Below are positions 53,201 to 64,000 of a stretch of 64,000 nucleotides of DNA, in pieces. Below the pieces are notes generated by a model that saw nothing but the letters and a program-made list of their open reading frames with translations, did not search any database and was not told where the DNA came from. Origin of the DNA: Rebecca billardiae RCC1528 (taxonomy: Eukaryota > Protista > Haptophyta). Each line of letters begins with the position of its first letter. Position 1 is the stretch's first letter. The stretch lies in assembly GCA_965240325.2 (NCBI GenBank), contig OZ251223.1, forward strand, positions 2,604,001-2,668,000, written 5' to 3'. The position numbers and the translations under genes are program-made.

Positions 53201-56200
53201 CGTCACCACCGCCATCGCCGCCCCCAAGACCGCCTCCAAGCCCGCCGCCCTCGCCACCGCCAAGCCCGCCGCCACTGCCGCCGCCGTCGCCGCCGCCGAG
53301 CCCGCCGCCGCCCCGCCCGCCGCCAAGCCCGCCACCGAGCCCGCCGCCAGTGCCACCACCGAGCCCACCGCCGGCTCCGCCGCCATCGCCGCCGCCTAGG
53401 CCACCACCGAGCCCGCCGCCTCCATCGCCGCCGCCATCGCCGCCACCGGCGCCACCACCGTCCCCACCGCCGAGCCCACCACCCAGCCCACCACCATCGC
53501 CGCCCCCAGCGCCGCCTCCGAGCCCGCCGCCGCCGAGCCCGCCGCCGAGCCCGCCGCCCTCACCGCCGCCATTCCCTCCACCGAGCCCGCCGCCGCCGAG
53601 CCCGCCGCCGAGCCCGCCACCGTCGCCGCCGCCGTTTCCACCGCCAAGCCCACCGCCGCCAAGCCCTCCTCCGAGCCCGCCGCCCTTGCCACCGCCAAGC
53701 CCGCCGCCAAGCCCGCCGCCGCCTGTGCCGCCGCCTTCGCCGCCGCCGGGCCCACCGCCGAGCCCGCCACCCTCGCCTCCGCCAAGCCCGCCGCCTGCGC
53801 CCCCGCCCGCGCCGCCGCCGAGCCCGCCGCCGCCGACGCCACCACCGTCCCCGCCGCCGTCGCCACCGCCCTTGCCACCACCCAGTCCGCCGCCTCCTGG
53901 GCCGCCGCCGAGCCCGCCGCCTGCGCCCCCGCCCGCGCCGCCGCCGAGCCCGCCACCGCCGATGCCGCCGCCCTCACCGCCGCCAGCGCCGCCGCCAGCG
54001 CCGCCACCTAGCCCGCCACCGCCTGCTCCGCCACCGAGCCCGCCGCCAGCGCCCCCGCCCTCACCGCCGCCAAGTCCGCCACCGCCGATGCCGCCGCCTT
54101 TGCCGCCGCCAGCGCCGCCGCCTTCGCCGCCACCCAGCCCGCCGCCTCCCGTGCCGCCGCCGAGCCCGCCGCCCTCGCCACCACCGTTGCCTCCGCCGTC
54201 GCCACCCCCTCCTAGCTTGCCGCCGAGCCCGCCGCCTTTCCCGCCGCCATCGCCGCCACCGCGCTCCCCGCCCTCGCCGCCGCCGAGCCCGCCGCCCGTG
54301 CTGCCTCCTCGCCCGCCGCCCAGCCCGCCGCCTGCGCTTCCGCCGGCGCCGCCGCCCAGCCCGCCTCCACCGAGCCCGCCGCCGAGCCCGCCGCCGAGCC
54401 CGCCGCCGAGCCCGCCACCACTGCAGCCCCCGAGCCCGCCGCCAAGCCCGCCGCCGTTCCCTCCGCCGAGCTCGCCGCCGCCGAGCCCGCCGCCGAGCCC
54501 GCCGCCGAGCCCGCCGCCCACGCCGCCGCCGAGCCCGCCGCCGCCAAGCCCTCCGCCCGTCCCGCCGCCGTCGCCGCCACCCGCGCCGCCGCCGAGCCCG
54601 CCGCCGCCAAGGCCGCCGCCCTCACCGCCGCCCTCACCTCCGCCGTACCAACCGCCACAGCCACCGCCACCCACCCCACCGCCCTTGCCTCCGCCGCTGC
54701 CTCCGCCATCTCCGCCCCCGAGCCCGCCGCCAAGCCCGCCGCCCTCGCCCCCGCCCTTCCCGCCGCCGAGTCCACCGCCAAGCCCGCCGCCGCCACCACC
54801 GCCAGCGCCGCCGCCGAGCCCGCCGCCCGCGCCACCGCCCGGCCCACCGCCATCACCACCGCCGAGCCCGCCGCCAAGCCCGCCTCCATCACCGCCGCCC
54901 TTGCCGCCGCCGAGCCCGCCTCCATCGCTTCCTCCGCGCCCGCCGCCGAGCCCGCCGCCAAACACGCCGCCACCGCCGCCGCCGTCGCCGCCGCCGAGCC
55001 CACCGCCGCGCCCACCGCCGTCCCCACCACCTGCCCGGCCGCCCTCGCCGCCGCCCTCGCCGCCGCCCGCCTCGCCGCCGCCGCGCCTGCCGCCATCCCC
55101 GCCGCCGAGCCCGCCCCCGCAGGCCCCGCCGTCCCCGCCGCCTTCCCCACCGCCGCTTCCGCGCCCGCCGCCGCCGCCATCGCCATCGCCGCCGCCCCCG
55201 TCCGCACCGCCGCTCGCGCCGCCGCCGCCACCGTCGCCGCCGCCATCGCCGCCGCCGCCGCCGCGCGTCGAGCCGTTCCCGCCGCCCTCGCCGCCCTCGC
55301 CGCCCCCGCGCGCGCCGCCCTCGCCGCCGCCGCAGCCCCCCTCGCCGCCTCCGGGCGAGACCGCCTACGTGTCCCTCACCGTCGCGCTCGACGCCGCCGA
55401 CTTTGGCGAGACGGCGCGCGCGGAGGTGCTCGACGCGCTCGCGGCGCTCACGGGCGTGCCCGCCTCGCAGATGGCGGTGGAGAGCGAGGTGGCGGCGTCC
55501 GTGGCGCTGGTCGTCTCGATCTTCCAGCCCGCGGCCGGTGCGGTCGTCGACCTCAACGCGACACTCGCCGCGCTCACGCCTGCCAGCGTGCGCGCGGCGG
55601 TGGGCGAGCGCCTGTCGTTTGTAGGCGTGCCGACGCTCGTGCGCGCGGGCTGCATGGACAGCGCGGCCGCGAGCTTCGAGCCGAGCGCGACGTTCGAGCC
55701 CGCGGGCGCGTGCGTGTACACGTCGCCGCCGCCGCCGCCCTCGCCCTCGCCGCCACGCCCGCCGCCGCCGCCGAGCCCGCGGCCGCCGAGCCCGCCGCCG
55801 CCGCCGTCGCCGCCGCCGCCACTCCCGCCGCCGCCGCCGAGACCACCGCCTCCGAGCCCACCCCCACCGCCCAGCCCGCCGCCGCCCAACCCGCCGCCGC
55901 CGCCCAGCCCGCCGCCGCCCAGCCCGCTGCCGCCCAGCCCGCCGCCGCCCAGCCCGCTGCCGCCCAGCCCGCCGCCGCCCAGCCCGCCGCCGCCCAAGCG
56001 CTCGGAGAACGTGACCTCGTTCGTCGCCGTGCGCGCCGTGCCCACCAGCCTCGACTTCTCCGACGTGCCGTGGCTGGGCGAGGGCAGCGTGCTCAAGTGG
56101 GTGCCCAACGGCGGCGACGCGGGCACGGACTGCGCGGCCGACGCGCTGCCCGAGCTGGGCGGCGAGGCCACGCTCGGCGCCGAGCTGCGCGCCAGCCTCA

Positions 56201-59200
56201 CCTTGGACGCATCCGGGTACGGCTACCGCTTCTGCTACTTCAACCCGGGCGGCGCGGCCGAGTGGCGCCTCGAGCCGCTCTTCCTGCTCGACGTGTTCGA
56301 GCTGAGCTCGGCGAGCCGCGCCGTGGCGGTGGCGGGCGTCGAGGCGCGCGTGGGCTTCGGCGGCGTCGGCGTGGCCTCGGGTGACGGCGCGTACTGGGTC
56401 GACGCCTCCGCGCCCGACTGCGACGCCGCCGCGCCGTCGGCCGCGCTCGGCGGCGAGCAGACCCTCGTCGGCTCGCGCGCGCTCTTCACGTTTGCGCAGA
56501 CGGCGTCCGCGCTGCGGCTGTGCTTCCGCTTCCGCGACCAGCCGTTCGCGCTGTACGCGGGGATCACGCTCGACGTGCACGGCCTGGACTCCGGACCGCT
56601 CGCGCTCGACACGGTCGTCGGCGCGAGCGTCGCGCTCAACGTGAGCGGCCCGGGCGTGAGCGGCGCTGACCGCGCGTACTGGGTGCCCGCTTCGGACAGC
56701 AGCTGCGCGCGCGCGCCGCTCGCGGCGTACGGCGGCGTGCAGCCGGTGGGCGCGTCGGGCGTGGCGTCGTTCGTGCCCACCGCGGGCGCGGCGGCGCTCG
56801 CGCTGTGCTACGCCTTCGGCGCGCAGCCGTTCGCGCGGTACGCCGACCACACGCTCATCGTGCGCGCGGTCACCGGCCCCGCGGCCACGGTCGCCGTCGT
56901 CGGCGCGTCCGAGCTGCTCGCGTTTGCGGGCGTCGGCCTGCGGGCGGGCGACCGCGCCAAGTGGGCGGCGCCGGGCGCGGCGGGGTGCGCCGACGCGGCG
57001 GACGACGCGAGCGCCGAGGCGGTGCTCGACGCCGCCGCCACCGCCACCTTCACCCTGGGCGCGCCGCGGCTGGGCCTGCAGCTCTGCTTTGCGCACGGCG
57101 CGGCCGCCTTCAAGCTGTACCCCGCGCTGCGCCTGTCCGCGTACGCGCTGGACGGCCCGGCGGAGTCGCGCGCGGTGGTGGGCGCGGAGGAGAGCGTGGG
57201 CTTCACCGGCGTCGGAGTGGGCGCCGGCGAGCAGCCCGACAGCGCGTTCTGGGTCGAGGCGGGCTCGGACTGCGCCGAGGGCGGCGCGCGCGCCGAGTAC
57301 GGCGGCGCGCTCAACGTGACGGCGGGCGGCGTCGTCACGTTCACGCTGCTCGCGCCCGCGCCCTCGGGCGCGCTCTCGGCGTGCTACCGGTTCGGGGCGG
57401 AGCCGTGGGCGCACTACGCCGCCATCGCGCTGCGCACGCTGCACGTGCTCGGCCCGGCGAGCACCGTCGCCGCCGTGGGCGCGCTCGAGCCGATCTCATT
57501 CGACGCGGTGGGCGCGTCCGACTCGGACCGAGCCTTCTGGGCGGACGCGGCCGCGACGGCGTGCGACGCGGCCGCGGCCGCGGCGGGCGGCGGCGTGCAG
57601 GCGGTGCCGCGCGGCGGCGCCAACTTCACCTTCGGCGAGCCCGCGCTCGGGCTGCGGTTGTGCTACCAGTTCGCCTCCAAGCCGTTCCGGCTGTACGGCG
57701 CGCTCGGTCTGGACGTGCTGCAGGTGAGCGCGCCCGCGCTCAGCGTCGCCGTGGCGGGCGTGGCTGAGCGCGTGGCGTTCGGGGGCGTCGGGCTGGCCGA
57801 CGGCGACCGCGCGTACTGGGCGCCGGCGGGCACGCCCTCGTGCGCCGCCGCGCCGCCGTCCGCCGCGCGCGGCGGCGTGCAGCCCGTGCTCGGCGCCAAC
57901 GCCACGTTCAGCCTCGACGCGCCGACGCCGCTCGGGCGGCACGTCTTGTGCTATGCGTTTGGCGACGAGCCGTTTGCGCTGTTCGGCGGCGTGCAGCTCG
58001 ACGTGTACGCGGTGCGCGCGCCCGCGTTCACGCAGGTGGTCGTCAGCGTCGCCGAGACGATCGTCTTTGCGGGCCACGGCCTCGCCGACGGCGACCGCGC
58101 CAAGTGGGTCGCGCCCGACGCGGCCGACTGCGACGCGCCGCCGTACGCTCACGGCGGCGCGCTGCCGCTCGCCGCGTCGCGCGCCGAGTTCACGCTCGAG
58201 GCGGCCGCGCTCGGCTTGCAGCTGTGCTACGCCTTCGGCGGCCGGCCGTTCCGGCTCTACGCCGCGGGCACCGCCAACGCGATCACGCTCGACGCGCTGC
58301 AGGTGACCGAGCCGTCGTACACGCTCGCGGTCGTGGGCGTGCCCGAGGCCGTCGCCTTTGGCGTGGTCGGGCTGGAGGACGGCGACCTCGCCAAGTGGGT
58401 GCCGCTGGTGGAGGGCGCGAGCCTCGCGTGCGAGGCCGAGCCGCTCGACGCGTACGGCGGCGCGCAGCCCGTCACCAACGGCTCGGCCACCTTCCTCTTC
58501 AGCCAGCCGCACGCGGAGCTGCGTTTGTGCTATGAGCACGCGCAGGAGCCGTGGGCGCCGTACGAGGCGATCAGACTGCGCGCCGCGCAGGTGCAGGCGC
58601 CTGCGGAGAGCGTGGCGGTGGTGAACGTGAGCGAGACCGTCGTCTTCGCCGGCGTCGGCGTCCAGGCCGGCGACGCCGCCTTCTGGGTCGAAGCCGCCGC
58701 CGAGTGCGCGGCGGGCGGATCGCGCGCCGCGTACGGCGGCGAGCTCAACGTGACGGCGGGCGGCGTCGTCACGTTCACGCTGCTCGCGCCCGCGCCCTCG
58801 GGCGCGCTCTCGGCGTGCTACCGGTTCGGGGCGGAGCCGTGGGCGCACTACCCGGCCATCGTGCTGCGCACGCGCCAGATCCTCGGCCCGGCGCGCTCGA
58901 CCGTCGTCGTGGACGTGCCCGAGCAGCTCGCCTTCTCCGGCGTGGGCGTCGGCGCGGGCGACGTCGCGTGGTGGGTGCGTGCGGACGCGACGGACTGCGC
59001 GCTCGGCTCGGAGACGGGGTACGCCGTCTCGAGCGACGGCGCGGTCGTCGTCACGTTCACCACGGCCGGGCTGCAGTGGCAGCTCTGCTACGCCTTCGCC
59101 ACCATGCCCGCCAAGCTGTACGGCCCGTCGACCGCCGAGCCGATGCTGCTGGACGCACTCGGGCTGAGCGCGCCTCTCTCGACGGTCGCGGTGCTCGGCG

Positions 59201-62200
59201 TCGCGGAGACGTTCGCGTTCGCGGGGGTGGGCGTGGGCGCGGGCGACCGCGCGTACTGGGCGCCGGCGAGCGCGGACGCGTGCCCCACCGCCGCTCCAGC
59301 CGACGAGCGCGGCGGCTTGCGCAACGTCTCCGCCGTCGGCGCGGCCGCATTCACCTTTGGCGCGACGACCGAGCTCGAGCTCGGCGGGCTGCGCCTGTGT
59401 TACGCCTTCGAGGGCGAGCCGTACAAGCTGTACGCCGCGATGCGCGTCGAGGTGTACGATGTGGCCGGCCCCGCGTTCTCGCGCGTCGTCGTCGGCGTGC
59501 CCGAGACCGTGGCCTTCAGCGGCTACGGTGTGCGCGCGGGCGACCGCGCCAAGTGGGTGGGCGCGGCCGCGGCCGACTGCTCGGGCGTTGCGTTCGGTGC
59601 GGCGCGCACGCTCGGCGCCGGCCTGAGCGCGAGCTTCACGCTGCCCGCGGGCGGGCTGGGCCTGGCGCTGTGCTTCGCGTTCGCGGGCGAGCCGTTCAAG
59701 CGGTACCCGTCGCTCACGCTCGACGCGCTCGTCGTGAGCGCGCCTGTCTCGAGCCTGGCGGTGGTGGGCGTGCACGAGTCGCTCGCATTCTCAGGAGTGG
59801 GCCTCGTGCCGGGCGACGGCGCGTACTGGCTGCCGTACAACGGCACGGCCGTCGACTGCGCCGACCCGGTGGACGGCGCGCCACGCGCTGCGTACGGCGG
59901 CGCGCAGACCCTCGACGCCGCCCTCTCCGCGCCCTTCACCTTCGACGTCGCCCACCCGGACCTGCGCCTGTGTTTCACGCACGCGGACGAGCCCGTGCGC
60001 TCGTACGGCGCGGCGATCACGCTGGTCGTGGCCGAGGTGCAGGGCCCAGCGTTCACCGTCGCGGTGGCGGGCGTGGAGGAGGCGCTGCCGTTCGAGGGCG
60101 TCGGCCTCGCGGCGGGCGACCAGGCGTACTGGGTCGAGGACGCGTCCGCGTGCCCGCCGGCGGGCGGCGGCGCGCTCGACGACTACGGCGGCGTGTTCAA
60201 CACGACCGGCCTCGGCGTGGGCACCTTCACGCCGCTCGCGCCCAAGGCCGGCCTCTCGCTGTGCCACCGCTTCGCGGCCGAGCCGTGGGCGCACTACGCG
60301 GGCGTGACGCTCGACGTGTACCAGCTCGACGCGCTCGGCGGCGGCAGCCGCGCCGTCGTGGGCGAGCCGCACGCCGTCACCTTCTCGGGGTTTGGCGTGG
60401 CGGACGGCGACGCGGCGTACTGGGTGCCCGCGGGCACGGCCTCGTGCGCGGACGAGCCGCCGCTCGTGCAGTGGGGCGGGCTGCGGACGCTGAGCGGGCT
60501 CTCCGCGAGCTTCACCTTCCTGCGCAAGTTTGGCGGCCTCGGGTACATGCTCTGCTACCGCTTCCGCGCCGAGCCGTTCGCGCTGTACGCCAGCCTGCAG
60601 CTGGACGTGCTCGAGGTGAGCGGGCCGTTCGTGGTGCTCGCGGTCGTCACGCTCGAGCGCACCTTCGCCTTCCAGGGCGTGGGCGTCGGCGCGGGCGACG
60701 AGGCGTACTTTGTGCCCGCGGCCGCGACGGCGTGCGACGAGGCGGCGAGCGTGAGCGGCGCCGCGGCCGTCGTCGCCGCCGACCGCACCGCCTCGTTCAC
60801 GTTTGGCGCGGTCGCGACGGGCCACCGACTATGTTACCGCTTTGGCGGCGCGTCCGGCGGCCTGCCGTGGCGCCGCTTCGCCGGCGTGACGCTCTCGGTC
60901 ACCGTGCCCGGCGACCCGTTCGCGCTCGCCAACTTTGAGTCGCTCTCGCCGACGGGCGCGACGCTCGCCAACAGCGGCATCGCGACCAACGTGACCATCT
61001 TCGGCTCGCAGTTCGACCTGGGCGCGCAGAGCAAGGCGGACATCATCTACTGCGTGTTTGACGGCACGCGCGTGCGCGTCAGCTCGATCACGCCCACCGA
61101 GATCGCGTGCACCGCGCCCGCCGCGAGCGTCGCGGGCGAGGTGACGCTCTCGCTCGTCGCGGACGAGGACGACGAGGACGGCGAGCCGCGCGAGCCCATC
61201 GCCATCACCAACGAGTTCGCCTACTTCGACATGGCGGGCGTGACGGTGGGCGCGCTCGCGCCGCCGGGCGCGCCGCAGGGCACGGCCGACGTCGAGGTCG
61301 CGGTCTCCGGCGCCAACTACGCGGACTACGGCGGCCTGCGCTGCGCGTTCATCGGGCCCAACTTCGCCGGCGGCCGCGTCGAGGTGGCGGCGGCGCTGCC
61401 CGACGCGGGCACGTCCGAGCTGCTCTGCGCCGCGCCGTACGTGTCGCCCACCGTGAGCGCGGGCTTGATCGTGGTCGAGGTGTCGCTCAACGGCCAGGCC
61501 TTCAGCACCTCCGGCGCGCAGTTCACGCTGTACACCGCGCTCGTCGAGTCGGGCGAGCCGCAGGGCGCGCCGGTCGACGGCGGCGACGGCGCGCGCCGGC
61601 GCGCGCTCGCGGGCTCCACCGCGATCACGCTGAGCGGCTCGGGCTTTGTCGACCTCGGCGCGGGCGCGCCGCTCTGCTTCTTTGTCGGCGCGGCCGGCGG
61701 CGGCGCGGTCTTCCAGGCGCCCGCCACCGTGGTCGACGCGGCGACGGCGGAGTGCGACACGCCGGCGGGCGCGGGCGCGGGCGAGTACACCGTCTCGCTC
61801 TCGCTCAACGGCGGCGTGCACCTCGCCCCGCTCTTCTTCGACGAGATCGGCTTCGAGCTGTACGACGCCTCGAGCGTGGGCGTGACGCGGCTCGTGCCGC
61901 CCGGCGGGCCGGTGGCGGGCGGCACGCTCGTCACCGTGTTCGGCACGGGGTTTAAGGAGTACGGCGACGGCTCGAGCGAGGAGGCCAAGCTGCTGTGCTG
62001 CGTGCTCGACCGCGCGGGCGAGTGCGCCGTCAAGGCGACGCTCCTCGCGCCCGCGGCCGACGGCACCGACCGCGCGCTGTGCACGATGCCCGCGGTCGAC
62101 GCGTCGGGCAACCGCACGCTCGACGTCTCGCTCGGCGGCGGCAGCCTCGCGTCCACCACCGACGCGGGGCGGCCCTTCGTGTACTACGACGAGCCGAGCG

Positions 62201-64000
62201 TGCTCGAGGTCAGCCCGGCCGAGGGCGACGCGCTCGGCGGCACGCGCACCACCATCATCGGCTCGGGCTTTGCCGCGCTCGCCGACGCGGCCGTTGGGTA
62301 CGGTGCCGACCCGGCCTCATTCTTGCGCGTCAAGTTCGGGCCGACGACCGCCGCGGCGCCGATCGAGTTCAGCGACACGCGCATCGTGCAGGTGGCGAGC
62401 TGGGGTGCGGAGGGCGGCGCCGCGGTGCGCGTCGCGCTCAACGGCCGCCAGTTCGCGCCCGCCGCCGCGGCCGACGCCGGCTCCTTCACCTTTGTCGGGC
62501 TGCACGCGCCCGAGATCGTCTCTGCCGCGTTCAACTCGGAGGCGACCGCGCTGATCGTGCAGTTCGACGGCCAGCCGACCAACCGCGGCGGGATGGTAGG
62601 CTCGGGCGCTTGCGCGCGCGTGCTCGACGACGCGACGGTCGCGACGCTCCGCGGCGGCTGGAGCGCCGAGCCCTCGTGCTACTGGGCCGACGACAGCACG
62701 CTGATCGCCGAGCTCAACTACCTGACGGCGATGGGCCCGGGCTCGAGCGTGGCGCTGCGCGAGAACACGATCTGGCCCAAGGCGTTTGGCGGCAGCTGCC
62801 CGGACGAGGTGTGCGCGAGCTCGAGAGCGACGATCGACGCGGACTTCCCGTGCATCGGCTCGTGCCCGGTCCCCGTCGCCGCGCTCAACGGGCCCACCCA
62901 GATCTCGTCGTGCCCGGGCGAGGTGCTCGTGCTCGACGGCAGCGGCTCGACCGGCGGCGGCATCAAGGACATCACGTACACGTGGCGCGTCGACCCGAGC
63001 GTCTCCGACTTTGCGGCGCAGCTCAACGCGCGGCTGGCGGACACGACGGCGTACCCGCCCACGACGTCGGTGCTCACGATCGACGGGCTCGAGGGCTCGT
63101 CCTTCGTCTTCCTGCTCCGCGTCTCGTCCTTTGTCGGCCGCACGTCCGCGCTCAAGCGCTGGGCGGTCACGCGCGCGGGCGGCGCCACGCCCTCGCTCTC
63201 GATCGACGGGCCGTTCGAGCTGACCGCGCGGCCGTCGTCGAGCGTGCTGCTCAAGGGCGTGGCGGCGCTCGCCGACTGCTGGCCCGCCGACGACTCCGCG
63301 CAGATCGACTTCGCGTGGTCGGTCACGTCGATCACGGACGCGGCGGGCGCCGACGCGACCGCCGACACGTCGCTCGCGCTCGCCGAGCCCGAGCGCGCGT
63401 CGCTGCGCATCCCCGCCTTCTCGCTCGCGCCGTCGCGCACGTACACGCTGGCGCTCTCGGCGGCGATGGGCGCGGACCCGAGCTCGGCGACGAGCGCGTC
63501 GGTCCGCCTCGTCGTCGTCGCGCAGCCGCTGCAGGCCATCATCTCGGGCGGCGACCGCCGCGTGAGCACCACGGCCGATCTCGAGATTGACGCGTCCGCC
63601 TCGTACGACCCCAACGTGCCCGACGGCGACAGCGCCGGGCTCGACCCGGAGCTCTCGTTCGCGTGGTCGGTGGCGCGGCGGCTGAACGCGACGCACGGCA
63701 CGCCCGCCGCCTTCGACGCGAGCGTCGCCATCGACGGCCCGGTGCTCGCCGTGCCCGAGGCGGTACAGCTCGCGGAGGGCAACTACACGATCAGCCTCAC
63801 GCTCTCAAAGGGCGGCCTTGCGGACGCGAGCGCGGCCGTGGTGCTCGAGGTGGTGAACGGCGCGGTGCCGGTGGTCTCGTTCGCGCCGCTCACCGCGCTC
63901 AAGTACAACCCGACCTGGTCGCTCCCCACGCAGCGCGTCTCGCTCTCCACCAGCCTCGACGCCGTCTCGGCCGCGCGCGAGGCGGCGGGTCTGGACGCGT
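38269..64000 (+). CDS. Giant (>8,200 aa, 3'-partial) surface protein: signal peptide, LRRs, SPPP rod, ~17 x 96-aa repeats, IPT/TIG, REJ. Proposed exons 38269-38408, 38512-38583, 38703-38774, 38920-38991, 39147-39218, 39318-39389, 39506-39614, 39766->64000
   Basis: Signal peptide MCAQRALAVVLAAVLSSRAHA. Plant-type LRRs (GxLPTELGxLTxL). GT..AG introns in consistent phase. Frame +1 reads as coding from 39766 to the window end; it is absent from the ORF track, consistent with having no stop. C-terminal part is homologous to the gene at 1-11486 (FDGQPTNRGGM vs FDAQPTDRAGM; CxWxDDSTL; NPTW). Confidence 0.88.
40604..55350 (+). repeat. ~14.7-kb coding (Ser-Pro3)n array with higher-order periods (534 bp and ~0.94 kb)
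   Basis: Identical landmarks (cctag) at 42107, 42641 and 43175. ggccccaccgccgagccctcc recurs near 48822 and 49758. Confidence 0.92.
56020..60900 (+). repeat. ~17 tandem ~96-aa domains (coding)
   Basis: Consensus FxGVGvxxGDxA(Y/K/F)WV...C...GG...F....L.LCY.F..EP(F/W)..Y, recurring every ~288 nt. Confidence 0.85.

Noticed and set aside
40392-54965. 4857-aa Gly-rich minus-strand ORF and 5016-aa Arg/His-rich plus-strand ORF (40574-55624)
   Set aside because: Shadow frames of the SPPP array; the true frame is continuous with the LRR and downstream domains.

Overview
Very GC-rich eukaryotic DNA with short GT(GCG)..CAG introns. It looks like a haptophyte or other complex-plastid alga (taxon is an inference). 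Two paralogous giant cell-surface genes bracket the window. At <1-11486 is an extensin(SPPP)/IPT/REJ/GPS/multi-TM polycystin-1-like gene. At 38269->64000 is a >8,200-aa gene: signal peptide, LRRs (five consecutive 72-nt one-repeat exons), a ~4,900-aa SPPP rod, ~17 x ~96-aa repeats, IPT and REJ domains. Between them lie an Omp85/BamA-family gene divergent from a MoxR/RavA AAA+-vWA fusion, a Met-less sulfotransferase ORF, an ankyrin gene, an EsV-1-7 repeat ORF, and an EF-hand-like gene with a triplicated 1178-bp exon+intron unit. The 21.4-31.5 kb interval is a cluster of non-autonomous mobile-like elements separated by (TA)n/(CATA)n microsatellites. The most notable are two related elements with asymmetric sub-terminal inverted repeats, a conserved 3' motif and a covarying terminal hairpin abutting (AT)n; they resemble Helitron2/Helentron elements and carry unrelated internal cargo. 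The cluster also holds a CACAGT-terminated element in (CATA)n and a ~630-bp-arm foldback with terminal hairpins. Most ORFs in the supplied track are GC-driven shadow ORFs.
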